Assembly: GCF_006345805.1 (NCBI RefSeq) | Contig: NC_043006.1 | Span: 72,788,001 to 72,852,000 of the forward strand | Direction of reading: 5' to 3' | From: Octopus sinensis | Taxonomy: Eukaryota | Length of the DNA: 64,000 nucleotides | In this document: positions 1 to 13,100 of the stretch, piece by piece | Layout of the letters: each line of letters opens with the position of its first letter | Numbering within the stretch: the first letter of the stretch is position 1 | The notes under the pieces: generated by a model | Databases searched by the model: none | The model's input: only the letters and a program-made list of their open reading frames with translations | Told to the model about the DNA's origin: nothing | Made by a program: the position numbers and the translations under genes

Positions 1-403
1 GAAGTACTGATCTCTAACTGAGGATGGAACTTGTAGAAGAGGTAGACCCAAGAAGACATGGGACAAGGTAGTGAAAGATGTTCTTCAAATGTGGGGTCTT
101 ATGAAGTCTATGAGTAGTGATCATGATCTTTGGTGATTTGCAGTGATTAAGAAGACTTGGCAAGCCAAGTGAAATCATAGTTGTGACTGGTGCCGGGGAC
201 ATGTAACAGCACCTGTTACAGTGACGCATAAAAGGCACCCACTACACTCTGAGTGGTTGGTATTAGGAAAGGCATCCAGAAATAGAAGCCAAGCCAAAGT
301 CTGACTGGATCCAGGTGGTGCAGCTCTCAGGCTTGTCTGTTCCTGTAAAACCATCTAACCCATGCCAGCATGGAAAGCAAATGTTAAATGATGATGATGA
401 TGA
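1..403 (+). mobile_element. 3' remnant of an RTE-clade LINE (C-terminal ORF end plus 3' UTR and (GAT)n tail)
   Basis: Bases 1-170 translate as ...EDGTCRRGRPKKTWDKVVKDVLQMWGL...DHDLW*FAVIKKT, matching the C-terminus of the LINE at 26144-26300 (EGTRGRGRPRKTWDEVVKHDL...DRDLWKYAVREK). The shared 3' UTR follows and ends in atgatgatg. Confidence 0.85.
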
Positions 404-455
404 TATATATATATACATACATATATATTCATACATAGATATATATGTATGTATA

Positions 456-920
456 TCATCATCATCATTATCCTTAATGTCTGCTTTCCATGCTGGTATG
501 GGTTGGACGGTTTGACTGAAGACTGGTGAGCCAGAGGCTGCACCAGGCTCAATCTGATCTGGCAAATGTTCTACAGCTGGATGCCCTTCCTAACGCCAAC
601 CACTCTAAGAGTGTAGTGGGTGCTTTTCGTGCCACCGGCACGTGGGCCAGTCAGGCGGTTCTGGCAATGACCACACTTGAATGTTGTTTTTCACATGCCA
701 CTAGCACATGTGCCGGTAAGGTGATGCTGGCAATGATCATGCTTGAATGGAGCTTTTCATGTCTCACTGGCATGAGAGCCAATCTGTGGCCTGACAATGA
801 TCATGCTTGGTTGTGCTTTTAATGTTCCACTGGCATGAGTGCCAATCAGGCGGTACTCTCATCGGCTACATCAGCGATTTTGATTTGTTTACATTTGCCT
901 CAATAGGTCTTCGCAAGCAA
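456..920 (-). mobile_element. 5'-truncated RTE LINE 3' UTR copy
   Basis: (CAT)n tail, then ctggatgcccttcctaacgccaaccactc and ~60-bp units, the same layout as 25555-26080. Confidence 0.85.
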
Positions 921-1484
921 GTATATTTATGTATTATAATATATATATATATATACACATCCATATGTACGCATGAATATACATATTTGTATATAAACAT
1001 ATACATATCTACATACACATACACAGCAAGTCTCTGCACAATTTGCCAATGAAATTCTAGTCATAGTGTATTGGCCAACTTGAGCCTAAGGTAGAAGATA
1101 CCTCTGTAAGTTGGCATTGAGGAGATGGATTTGAAAACCATGTGGTTGCCAAGTGATTTTCTAAAACCACACAGCATAAAAAAGGATAATGATATATAAC
1201 AGATCTGAGGCATAAATTTACAAATTCAGGGAAGGATTGTAGCCAATTGGAATCCACCCCTGTAATTGGTTGATGCTTATTTTATTGTCATCAGGTTGAT
1301 TGATAAGTGGCAGAAGTTGACCTTGGAAATAATTGAACTCAGAAATGTAGCATAATACCACATGAGTAATGAAATACCCTCTCTCTGCTAATTCTATCAT
1401 TCATCGCTATTGTATCTAGCATTTATAATGTAGGCTATGCGCTTCCAGCAAGTATGTGTGAAGAGTTGTCATATTGATTTCAAA

Positions 1485-1690
1485 TTTTGGCACAAGGCCA
1501 ATAATTCCAGGGGAAGGGGTAAGCTGATTAGAGTGACCCCAGTGTTCAACTGCTACTTATTTTATTGACCTTGAAAAGATAAAAGGCAAAGTCAACCTCA
1601 ATGAAATTTGAATGCAGAACATGAAGATGGATGAACTGTTGCTGTGCATTCTACCTGGGGTGCAAACGATTCTGCCAGCTCTCTGCTTTA
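1485..1690 (-). mobile_element. tRNA-derived SINE, family B (decayed)
   Basis: Matches the reverse complement of the family seen intact at 49097-49327 and 56715-56947 (gaccccagtg...ggcaaagtcaacctc). Confidence 0.75.
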
Positions 1691-1739
1691 GGAAGAGTCA
1701 TCAATATTGCTAAGAATAGGGTGGGGAAAAATTTAGTTA

Positions 1740-2340
1740 TTGGATCTCCAGTAGATCCAGTTGTATGAAAGCAGTACAGGTAGGCATGTTGGAGGAAGGG
1801 AAATTTAAAGTATTAGAGATGCTTGTTGTTAGTGTCTTTCACTGTTATTTTGTGACATTGGAAGTGGATGCAATTGGGTGGTAGTTGGTAGAGTATGAGG
1901 AATTGCCTTCAAGGGAATGGGACACACTGTAGCATGTTTAAAAAAAAAGCAGACTAGAATGAGGAAAAGAAAGACTAAAGAATCTGATCCAGTAACTTTG
2001 TTAGTTTGAAGCACTTGGAGGTACTTTTGTGTTTGACATGTGTGATTATGTATCTTGTGGAAGATTTTTTATTTAATGAGTGCAAAGATTTCCCTAGATG
2101 GATGCAAAGTGGTTAGCAAATGTAGTGACTTTCTCTAATGGAGTAATGCTTGCAGACATTGCTGTCTTGAAACATGGGTATACAGGGTAGTTGCCTGGCA
2201 ACTCCTTCACGAATCTAGGGGCCCAATGCTAATCTATGTATGTTGTAGTTGTGTATGTAGGGACCCGATACACTGCTTTGCCAGTGGGGCCTATAATGTT
2301 TTTAAAATGGCTCTGCTTACAGAACTATAATGGTTGAGAA
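1740..2340 (-). pseudogene. Decayed CR1/Jockey-group LINE reverse transcriptase fragment
   Basis: Minus-strand pieces LQTNKVTGSDSL, FKHATVCPIPLK and NSSYSTNYHPIAS resemble the RT N-terminal motifs L..NKATGPDGI, WK.A.V.PIPK and PSNYRPI.LTS. Multiple stops and frameshifts. Confidence 0.65.
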
Positions 2341-2404
2341 ACAGAGGAAATGACAGAGATTAATTTTGGCAAGAGACCAAAAGGGGTGATTGCAGTGAGA
2401 AGTG

Positions 2405-2557
2405 AGTGTTGTGTGTGTGTGTGTGTGTGAGAGAGAGAGTTGGTTCAATGCCTGTAGGCGTTGTTTGTGGTGCAGATGAGTTCTTGTTTTAGGAGTTCTG
2501 GAAATCTTGTTTTAGGTAAAATCCATCTAGTTTGTAGGATGAGTGTGAGTGTGTGTA

Positions 2558-2588
<31 letters not shown>

Positions 2589-2795
2589 GTGAAAGATGGA
2601 TAGATAGGGAGAAAGTGACTGAGAGAGAGGGAGAGAGAGAGAGAATGATAGAAAGAGAAATAGAGTGAGAAAGAGAAAGTGAATGAAAGAAAGAGTTACA
2701 GAAATAGGGAGAGAGAGAGAAAGAGAGAATGAGAAATTGAGAGAGACGGACGGACAGACAGAGAGATAGATGGAGAGCGAGAGAGAGAGAGAGAT
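2405..2795. repeat. (GT)n / (GA)n microsatellite-rich tract
   Basis: Directly visible dinucleotide runs. Confidence 0.95.
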
Positions 2796-2926
2796 TTCTC
2801 TTAGCGTTGTGTATGCAATAATCGATTTAACAAACTTTCAAGGACACTTCTATGTAGTTATTTGATCAGAAAAAAACCCAAATGACCCTGAATTTACACT
2901 TTATCTTCTTAAAAACGGTACGGGGG

Positions 2927-3338
2927 CAATCTTTCGTCTCTAGTAGACCTTTCCGTCGATTTCCGTAAAGAAATTTTTTTTTTTTACATATGGGCTTGCG
3001 GGAACTTTTGAAGTAATGAGAGCGAAAGAGACTAAGAGAAAACGATTGTATGACGAGGGAAGTTCTTTTGAAGTTACCGTCCAGGGGAAGCATTGATGTG
3101 TGTGTGTGTGTGTTTGATGGGGTGTGGGAGACAGACAGTATGTTGTGTAGTGTGTGTGAAGAGACAGAGTAATGTGTGAAAGAAAGAGATAACTGAAATT
3201 TTTTACTCGGTGTATGTGTATATGTATGTATATTACTTCAAAAGTTCCCGCAAGCCCATATGTAAAAAAAAAATTTTTTTACGGAAATCGACGGAAAGGT
3301 CTACTAGAGACGAAAGATCGCCGGTACGGGCGTATTAG
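2927..3338 (+). mobile_element. Non-autonomous element with ~90-bp near-perfect inverted repeats (MITE- or Helitron/HINE-like)
   Basis: Arm 2927-3017 is the reverse complement of 3232-3320. The centre holds a (GT)n tract. The right end has a small GC hairpin cgccggtacgggcg followed by TTAG|T. Confidence 0.65.
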
Positions 3339-4621
3339 TTAATGGTCATTTCTGAAATGTTACTGATCAGAGACTTGCTCCGTTTGGGGGTGATCTGAAG
3401 TTTAACAACTTGAACTAGCATCACAAATTTAAAATACTAACGTATTTCGGAGTTTTTTTTTAAGTATAAAAGTGAAATAAATGTAAAGATGATGTAGAGA
3501 TCGTAAATATCTTTCAAATATTTTGTCGATATTTCTCTTTGTATTTCATAAACTCCAAGTTAAAGAAAACGTCACTTTATAAATCATTTAAAGAGACAGC
3601 ATTCAATTAGCTATATTCAAATATATCATTTATGTTTACGATACGTAATATTAAGTATATACACAACTTACACTGCATTTGAATCACTTTCCAACCGAAA
3701 GGGAACAACATCCAAACAGCGAAATCATGAAAACATATAAACCAGCTTCCAATATTTGTCACTGTACGTCATTGTGTGTATACAAAAACCATAGCAACCA
3801 GAGCACTACTGGTCTGCCCTTTCAATACACAATTAACTGATACGTATGAATGTCGTCACCTATAATAATTCCATTCATAGCCAGGATGCATTATAAGGAA
3901 CATAAAACGATGTTGAAGGGAACGTCCTCAAATCGGCGAAATAATGAGGACGTATATGAAACTTTTCCCGATGTTTGTCTCTTAATTTTACATAGCAACG
4001 ATAGTATTACCCACACACCTAATCCCTCCCACTTCTTTCACACTTTCATTTTCTGTTTGTTGTTGTTATGCCCTAACCGAGCAAACGAATCATCCTATAC
4101 ATTCTAGCCTTGGCTTATCCCGTCTTTTCAGGGGTATGTTTAAGACTATCTTATCTTATGTGTCTTTTTTCTTTTTTATGACGGTAGTAAGTTGAGAGAG
4201 ATTCGGTTGCTATGTTTAGCATTTCAAGCAACCACGTTATTGGCTCTATATATTGCTTCCGGGTCATTGTCGCTTACACAGAGGTTACTGAAGGATAGGT
4301 CAGGGCGACGTAGCTTTATAATGCCACCCCCCTCCTTCTTGTATCCACATTCCACTTAAAAGTTCTGTCTATTCAGCACACTGGCTGAGTCGTGTTACTT
4401 AATTGCTTCAGCTCTTCCTTCGCCGGCTGTTCACTCTAGTCATACCACTACAACCATCACCACGATCAAAGTAACGCCGTTAAATAATTTGCGCACACGT
4501 ATAAACTTTTTATTTTTACCATCTTTTTTGTGGATATAACATACTTTTTGTCCATAAACGCATTCGTGACTATAAACTATTTTTTTTTCAACCGATTGCA
4601 AATATATTGTATTTTGAGCGG

Positions 4622-4633
4622 GATAAGGTAAGT
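4622..4633 (+). promoter_or_regulatory. Candidate 5' splice donor of a non-coding first exon
   Basis: Perfect AAG|GTAAGT (GT at 4628) in a CpG-rich, repeat-poor stretch. No transcript evidence. Confidence 0.3.
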
Positions 4634-7600
4634 TTTCAACGGCCCCTTCATATTCTGATAATCGTATTGTTGACATTAATAATACTTTACAACTTTAAAA
4701 CAACTTTTATTTTTCATGCCGGTTATTGGTTTTCATTAATTCAAAGATTATATTAGCTGAATGATATTTTCTTGTGCATTTGAAGTTATAACAAATGTCT
4801 TAGATTATTTATATGTGAACTAGGAGAAAATACGTTAGATTTTGGCGGGATTTTCATCTAGATTTTAGAAAGTAAATTTTCAAAATCGTCCTGTCATGTA
4901 AAATTATTTTTAAAGGAATTAATCGCGGGCCCGTTTATTTCATATATAGTTTCATTGTTTTTATTTGCCTAGTTTAAAACTAGATTGGCGATTTCTTTAT
5001 TATCTGTCTAATTAAATGTAATTAAGCATTTAGATGGAATTAACAGATGTTACTGCAGTGTGGCACAAGTCTGTCTTAACGGTACATTCTTCGATTATAA
5101 AATGAAAACATGATTGACATAATAAATTTAAAAGTAAATTTGAATTAGTCCTGGGTTTTAATTAATTTTCAAAAATGTAAAAAAAAAAAAATAAAACAAC
5201 AAAAACAGTTACTAGTTTGTAAATATCCAAGTATTGAATTGATTGGGATAAATTGTAGGTATTTATGTTGTTGTTCACTGATTTATGCACGTGGGAAATT
5301 TATATTTAATTTTATCTCTTCGGACCAAACAAGGTTGTAAGTAAAATAGAGTCTGAAAAAGTTCCTCTAGATCGGATCAAATAACACAAGACTCAGTCGT
5401 TACTGCAATGAGTGAAATGACAAAATGTGATGTTAAAAAGTAAATAACTGTTTCATTTCATTTAGAAAATGTAGGCCGATCTTTGTCGTCATCACTTGAG
5501 ATAAACTTCATCAACTATAAAGTTTTTATCCTAGATAAAGATCGCTGGTTCATTAAACCATCATACTATTTCTAATATATTCTTTGTCTTTTTTCTAGCA
5601 TAATTATGCCCTTTTTCACCACGTAAAGCTTTTTCACAGCTGTACATAAATAGTCCATGTAACTCTTTCTTCCACAATGTATGGGCTGTAACATAACCTC
5701 ATTATATTATTAAACTAGTTATCAACTATTTGATTCTCCTTCCCAATTAAGTAATCATAATTGTTTATTTTATTACATACTTTTGAAGAAAGAAAAAAAA
5801 ATTATATTTGGTCACTTCAACTTGTTGAGATTTCTCGTACCTGTAAGCGAAAAACTTTCCTCAAACAGCTCTAAGTTTATTTTTATCCATGCCCTTTTAA
5901 AGTTAACCGTAATTATTTACTGCAAAAGTCTTCCTTTCTATTTTTACTTGTATTAGCACAAAGATTAATATTTTTAACCGAAGTTATAATCGAAGCTAAT
6001 GTTCATTTTATTATTTACAGTTTGCCTTTTTAATAGTAGGCAGGTCTGATGTTTTGGCAGTTATCCATTCATTATTATTCAACTGTTTATTTATAGAAGT
6101 TTAAAAAAAAATTAAGTTGTACAATTTATGGTGTTCGCTAAAAGAAAATTTAAAATTTAATGGAACAAAGTCCCAATGAATTGACTTTATTTTATTAAAA
6201 TAAACCATATAAAGTTGGTAAAATTATTATTGTGACTATAGAGTAACTGTCAGTGGAATATTACAATATTAACACTTGATATGAATTAAACCTCGGGTAG
6301 AATGTGTAGGAATGGTATCAAAAATATATTTTGCTAATGTTTATTTAAGTTTTCATAGATATTAAAATTGTATAGTTGTTTGTAGTGCATCAGTCAAGTT
6401 AATCCATATGGCAATTTTTGAAACTTTTTGCTACATTCACTCATAACACACACACGTATACATGTGTCTGTTGTTTAGCCCCAGGCAAACTGATCAAGCT
6501 GACCTTTGAGCAAAAACATTCCAACCGTGAATTTCTCGTCGTTTTAGCGGTAGCTGGGTTTACATTGTCTCACGTTCTCCTCTCACTTTCTTTAAAAAAA
6601 ATTATTATTCTTTTTAAAATTTGGTTTGGTGTAATCTGATGGAGACAGCGGCTGTTTCTTACAAGTCAGATAGCGGCGATCTTTTAGCCCAGATAGCTAC
6701 CACGTAGGAAGCTTCTGAGGTGCCGCAATGTTGTCAATCATGTTTGGAACATTGCCTAAAATAAATGAAAAATTTCTAAAACTTCTTTTAAAAAAAGAAT
6801 AGCATTTCCCCACTTTTTTTTCCTTTATGTATCATGAGTGACAGTCCTCTGTAAAAATACAAAAAGTTCGCTAAGTAGAACTTATTTGTATTTACTTTTA
6901 GTTTTCGAGGACTGCCAGTAGTTTCTCCTTAACTTCTGATGCTTTACTGTGAGTAAATATACCGACCGTTTTCTTTAAATATATAAGTTCTCTCATGTAT
7001 CACGTTTTCTATTTTGATTGTTTCCTGTCAGATTATGTGATTGATTCTTAATAGTTTAGAAACTTTTTCTAGTACCCCACACTTCTATCAGTAAATCTTT
7101 CACCACCTCCAAATGTCTAAACTACATTCAAATCCAGACCATTTGATATTTAAGTTAATTGGGATAATCGAGCAAATTAGCTGAGAAACAATGTTATTCT
7201 GACATTGATGGTGAGACTCAACAAGTGAAATTGCAATCTCTTCCTTTAATTTTATTGCAAATATTTGTTAATAAGGGAATTATTGTTGTTTCACAGTAGT
7301 TGTGTTTAAATTGTTCTCAATTTCTCTTGTTATACAAAGTTTGATAGAAGTTTTATAAAAGTTGCGAACCGATCATGTTTAGTACTTCTTTCTCTCTGAA
7401 GTATTTACTTTTTTTTCTCCAGTTCTAACATAATTAACGGGCCAGAAGCTGATCTGGGGTAGAGAGGGCATTATAATTTCCTTTTAACGTTTTTTTATGT
7501 TTCTTTTCATGCTGACACACACACATATGGAATGACTGAAAACCCAGAATTTGTAAAACATATCACCTAGAATTTATGGGCGATATATTTTACATATGAA

Positions 7601-9550
7601 TGAAAGCACTTGCATTTAAATAGCCTATTTTTCTTCGGCGCAGAGGAGCACAATATCTGATAAAATTTTAAATTTAAAATCGGGTTCATCTGAGGTGGTT
7701 CATACCTCTCAGTGAAATTTTCCCTTTTTATTTTGTTTTAGACGAAGGTGTGTGATTTTTGGAAGATCTGGTTGCTTTTCCGAGCAGTTCAAGCGATCAC
7801 ATCGAGGGCCCCTCATTTGGTTCGCGAAACCTAGAGTCCCTACGTGGTAGCTCGACCCGCTAGAAATTGCAACCAAATCAACCTCATATTAAAAAAAGAA
7901 TAGGGGTGAAACACATTTATATAGTATGGTCTGAGGTTGTGAACGGAGTGCTTTCGATCATAGGCCTCCGATCACAACTAACTCGAGAACTAACAACAGT
8001 AACAACGTCTTTATATTGTGACGTAAAAAAAATTCCTAACAAAATAAACAATTTCTTTTTTGAAAGGCAATCTGGAGGAATTTATTAACTTTCAATGCCA
8101 GGAATGTGATCCAGTTTTCGATTACACAACAATACAATATAATAATAACAACAGTAATAGCATTGATAATAATAATTGTAACAATATTAAAAATAATAAC
8201 TGTCATTTCAAACATGACGTTTTACTATTAGAAAAAAAAAAATTCTAAGTTACGTAAATGAATCCTACCAGTTTCAATACCCGAAGTGTATGTACCCTTA
8301 ATAATACACATACACATTCTATATATAAACTTAATTCATACCGGTATGTGCTGCTATTAATAATTAATTCACATTTACACTGTTTTTGCTTTATATCACC
8401 ATGTGTTCTAAATCTGTTTTCACATTTTCTATATTATTTCTAGACTATATATATATACTGTGCTTGACATTTAAATATGGTTTTGATACAGTTGAGACCA
8501 ACTTCATTGTAATTCTCAAAATACCCTGCTGTTACTAACTACTCGATACCAACTTAACTGTTGCTTTTTCATGAGAATGGCGTTTCTGAGTAATTTATCT
8601 CGAATGTCATTTTTCGTTTTTTTTTTTCTTTTTTTGAAACGCTAATTTTTTTTTTTACTCATGGACATATTTTCTCCACGTTTTTTTTATAATTATTATT
8701 AATTCTATCATCGATACTTGAACAAGTAAGGCGAAGAGGTCTAATGAGGCGGGAATGTGATTGAGGTTGTCTTCGTACTTTCTGAAAAGATTTGAACATT
8801 AAGTAATTCAACTAACATTTTCATATACTCGCTACACAATCATTTTTAATTAGATTGTCGATAATCATTATATTATATATGTTAATACTAAATCAGCTGT
8901 TTCTTAAACTTGTTTCAGCTTTAAAGCAGCAGTCGTGCTGGGGTTGTATAATATTTCATAAATTGGCCGCATGATGAAGAATGCGTAAATAACTGATTGT
9001 TTTCGTTTAACTTATAATAATTACTAGTGAGACCCGTGGCAATTCAATATTTTATATTTCGAGGCATAAATTTTATAGATCTTTATAATATCATTTCATT
9101 ATGTTAAAAATTAAACACATGCTGAATAGCATAAATTCTAATCTTTCTATTCTCTTTTACCGATTTTATTCATTGGACTGTGGCCAGGTTTTTGAAAGTG
9201 TAGAGTGATTGCTTGCAATGTCAACAAGTAATGTAAACATTTCATTCAAATCATGACAAGCCTGGAATGCAAACATTCACACACACACAGGTCTGTTTTC
9301 CTAATTTACTTGCATGGCCTTGATTGTCTTGGTGCTATAGTAAAAGCTACTTGCCCATGGTGCTGTGCAGTGGAACTGAACCAAAAAATACTTGGTTGCT
9401 TAGTAACTTCTTAACCACATAACCGTATCTGCACTTATGAGTCAAACTCATTAATGTCCACCATGGGCTTAATCTACCATTGTTGTCTCAAACAAACCAA
9501 GAGCTTTTATTAGGAATAATAGACAATTTTCCATCACTTTGTTTTCTAGT

Positions 9551-10112
9551 GTCTTTCGTGCCAGCGGCACAGGGGCCAGAGGGGGGCTGGCAATGGCCAT
9601 GATCGGTTGGTGTTTTTTACGTGCCACCAGCTCGGACACCAGTCGAGGTGGCACTGGCATCGGCCACATTCGGATGGTGCTTTTTATGTGCCACCGGCAC
9701 GGGTATCACAAATACAGTTTCCATTTTAATTTTTATTTTGAGTCAAGTACATCAACATCAAAATAAAAATCAAATGGAAATTGTAGTTGTGATACCTATG
9801 CTGGTGGCACGTAAAAAGCACCATCCAAACGTGGCCGATGCCAGTGCCACCTAGACTGGCGTCCGTGCTGGTGGCATGTAAAAAGCACCAACCGATCGTG
9901 GCCATTGCCAGCCTCCTCTGGCCCCTGTGCTGGTGGCATGTAAAAAGCACCCACTACACATGGAGTGGTTGGCATTAGGAAGGGCATCCAGCTGTAGAAA
10001 CACTGCAAGATCAGACTGTTGCCTGGTGCAGCCTCCTGGCTTCCCAGACCCTGGTTGCACCGTCCAACCCATGCTAGCATGGAAAACGTACGTTAAATGA
10101 TGATAATGATGT
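9551..10112 (+). mobile_element. 5'-truncated RTE 3' UTR copy with an inverted duplication of its 5' part
   Basis: 9758-10112 is a plus-strand RTE 3' UTR ending in atgatgataatgatg. 9551-9741 is the reverse complement of 9758-9950. Confidence 0.85.
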
Positions 10113-13100
10113 CTTTAAGAAAAGAAAGGATACATTAAATAATGAAGTCTTGGCTACCCTGTGATTGAACAACGAACAAACAAAAATTCTGATAGCAAAG
10201 GTTGGAATAATTTTGGTCATAAAGTCTGCTGAATCAAACTGATTTGAGGATAAACAGCAACAATTCGACATTTGTTGTCCCAGGCCAACAGAAACACTTC
10301 TCTGTGGTTTCTGAATTTGCTTGAAAAGATAGCTATGGCTTCCTTAAATCATGTCATACTGTCTTAGAAAAGTGAAAGAAAAAAGGAGGCATTGAGTAAT
10401 GTGGTCTTGGGTGAGACATTAAACTGTATCCAGTGATGAGGCTCCAGCTTGTTCATGAGTTAAGTTGCCCCTTAATCACCACTACTTTCAGATGTGCTCG
10501 AAGAGAGATAGTCCTGAATGCACTGTTTGTGTGCGTTGGGAGCTGGTTTTGGGGAGATCAGAATAACAGAAATGATACCTTCAGAACTAGCTGTCTTGTT
10601 GAGGGAGTAGGAGCAGCTGGAGAAGTTTTAATTGTGTGTGAGACGGTGAGAGAGGTGAAATAGAGGAGTTGAGAGAAGTCTTGTTGGAGTGCAGTGTGGA
10701 TTCAGATATAAAATGGACATTAATTGGGGTGGCCTTAGCCTTCTTACAAGGTCATCTTTGTCAAGGAGTGACCAGGTGAAGGAGCATTATGCAAAGTTAG
10801 TAAGAGCATCATAAGGTCAACTTGATCTAAGGTTGACTAGATGAACAACTGTTATATATATTGTAGAATTATGTATGAAGTAATTAACATCACTACTGTC
10901 ACTGTCTACTTGGTTTTATATAGCAATTAAAATCATTAAACTACTGAATCTTATACAATGTCTTGTGACTTAAGTAAACATCTCTGGTTTGAGTTGAGAT
11001 TATTAAATGGAAATATTTTCACATGTAATGAAAGATTACAGAATGCCCACTACACTCCATACTTTTCCCATCACCATCATCATTGTTGTAGCAACCCACT
11101 ACTTCTGCTGTTCTGCAAATATACTTTTAATTACTGATTTGATTAATAACAAACGAGTGCAAAATACCTAATGCTGTTGTCTTAAGTATTAGTGTAATTA
11201 TATTTACAGGCATTTCCTCTTTGATAATTGCTTGTGTGTCTGTGTGTTTGTGTGTGTAGTTGTGGCAATTTCTGTAGTTGGGGCTGCCTACTTCCAGAAG
11301 TTGGATATATCGTTACTATTGCCTTTTGCATGTGATGCAAGAAAATGAAAAAGGGTTCTTCGGTACATCATGCTTGCTCACTCACTCCTTCACACAATAT
11401 ATGAATCTAAAAAGTGCATAGATGTAGGTAACACCTTAACACTACACCTTGGTTATTATTAACCCGGTTCAATCCAACTGCAATTCTCTGTCCTTACCCT
11501 TTTTTATTTTTACACCACTTCCTTAATCCTATTTACCAATCCCTGCAAATATTCCTATTCTAAATACTGTGAATTTATATTTGCCCCTTCCTTTAAGAAC
11601 TACTTTCATCTCCCTTGTGTAGCTCCTACGAGACCTGTCTAGATATTTTTCCTGCTAGACAAATGTTTTTTTTTATTATTTCAGATTTAATCATTGCCTT
11701 TTTTTCTTATCCTTGCTTCAACCTCTTTTGGTTGTCATTCTTTCAAGTTCTTGTTTTTATCCAGTTCCTAACCATTCATAGAATTCCTTTCTTTTTTCCC
11801 ATTCTTTTTCACTGTTATAACCCTTGAGGCTTTTTCACTCTGTTAATTCTTCCATTCTTTTTTGCCCCCTTAATCCTTCACTCTTTTGCTTGTTTCAGTC
11901 ATTGGATTGAAGCCAGCAAAACTATATTCTGATACTGACAAAGACCTCAAGGACTGACTGTATCTATAGAACCTTGCCTTCAAGGTTACAGTTGCCTAAA
12001 ATCTCTCTTTCCAACTTTTGGTACTTATTTTATTGACGTCTATACAATGAAAAGCTATGTCAAATGTACACGTGTAGGATTTCAACTTAGAATGTAACCA
12101 AACACCACAAAGAATTCTTGTCAGAGGCAATACCAAATCTCCCATCTACTCCCACCTCACATCCTGGTTGTTCAATAAGATGGAGTTTTATTTAATGTTG
12201 GTAACTTGATTTTGGTGGAGTTGGCAGGAAGTGTAAAAGCCCTGGTGTAAATATAATACAGTATTTAGTTGTTTCAGCCATTTAAGGTCTAGGTTCAATT
12301 CTCATCAGAGATCGATCTTTACTTTTTAATACTTTAGGGCTTTATGGAATAATTGTTTGATAACATACTGGGATCATGCGACCATTTATATTCTTTCCAT
12401 TGGAAATTTACTTTGAAGTCTCACCAGTATATAAGTATTTACATATTTAAATTTGTGTTTGAATAGCAACTCGACAAATATTGTGTGTATATGCATGTGT
12501 TATTCCAGTTCAGTTCTGAGCACTTATGACCAAAGACATTTTAGCTATGACCAGCTAATCTTTGCAGAGATTATCAAAGGTGTCCCCTTTTTTTTGTTTT
12601 TACTGTAATTTGAGATGTTGTGCTGATATTTCTAGCAAATCAAGTGACCACATAGTAGCTCCCTCATTTTCTAGAGTGTAAGTGCATCTGTGTTTTGGGT
12701 GCTGGTATGACCCTGTTGCTAAGAAGTTTGTTTTGCAATTGGGGGATCCCAGGTTTGATATTACGTAGCATCTTGAACAAGTGTCTTTTACTATAGTTTT
12801 GGATTACCTCAAACACCATTTGAATTAACAGTGGATTTGAATTAGCAGAGGTTGTGTGGAAGCCTGCTAGATGAATTTTACCTATATTTCAAAACTCCTT
12901 GTTATATTGTATCATATTGATTTGGCCTGAGAATTATATTAAGATGTGGCAGTATGGTTGAGAAGCTGGATTCCCAACTATATGGTCTTGAGTTCAGTCT
13001 CACTGCATGGCACCTTGGGCAAGTGTCTTCAACAGCCCCATGCCAACCAAAGCTTTGCAAGTGGATTTGATTGTGTGTATCTTTGTCTAGATATGTGATG

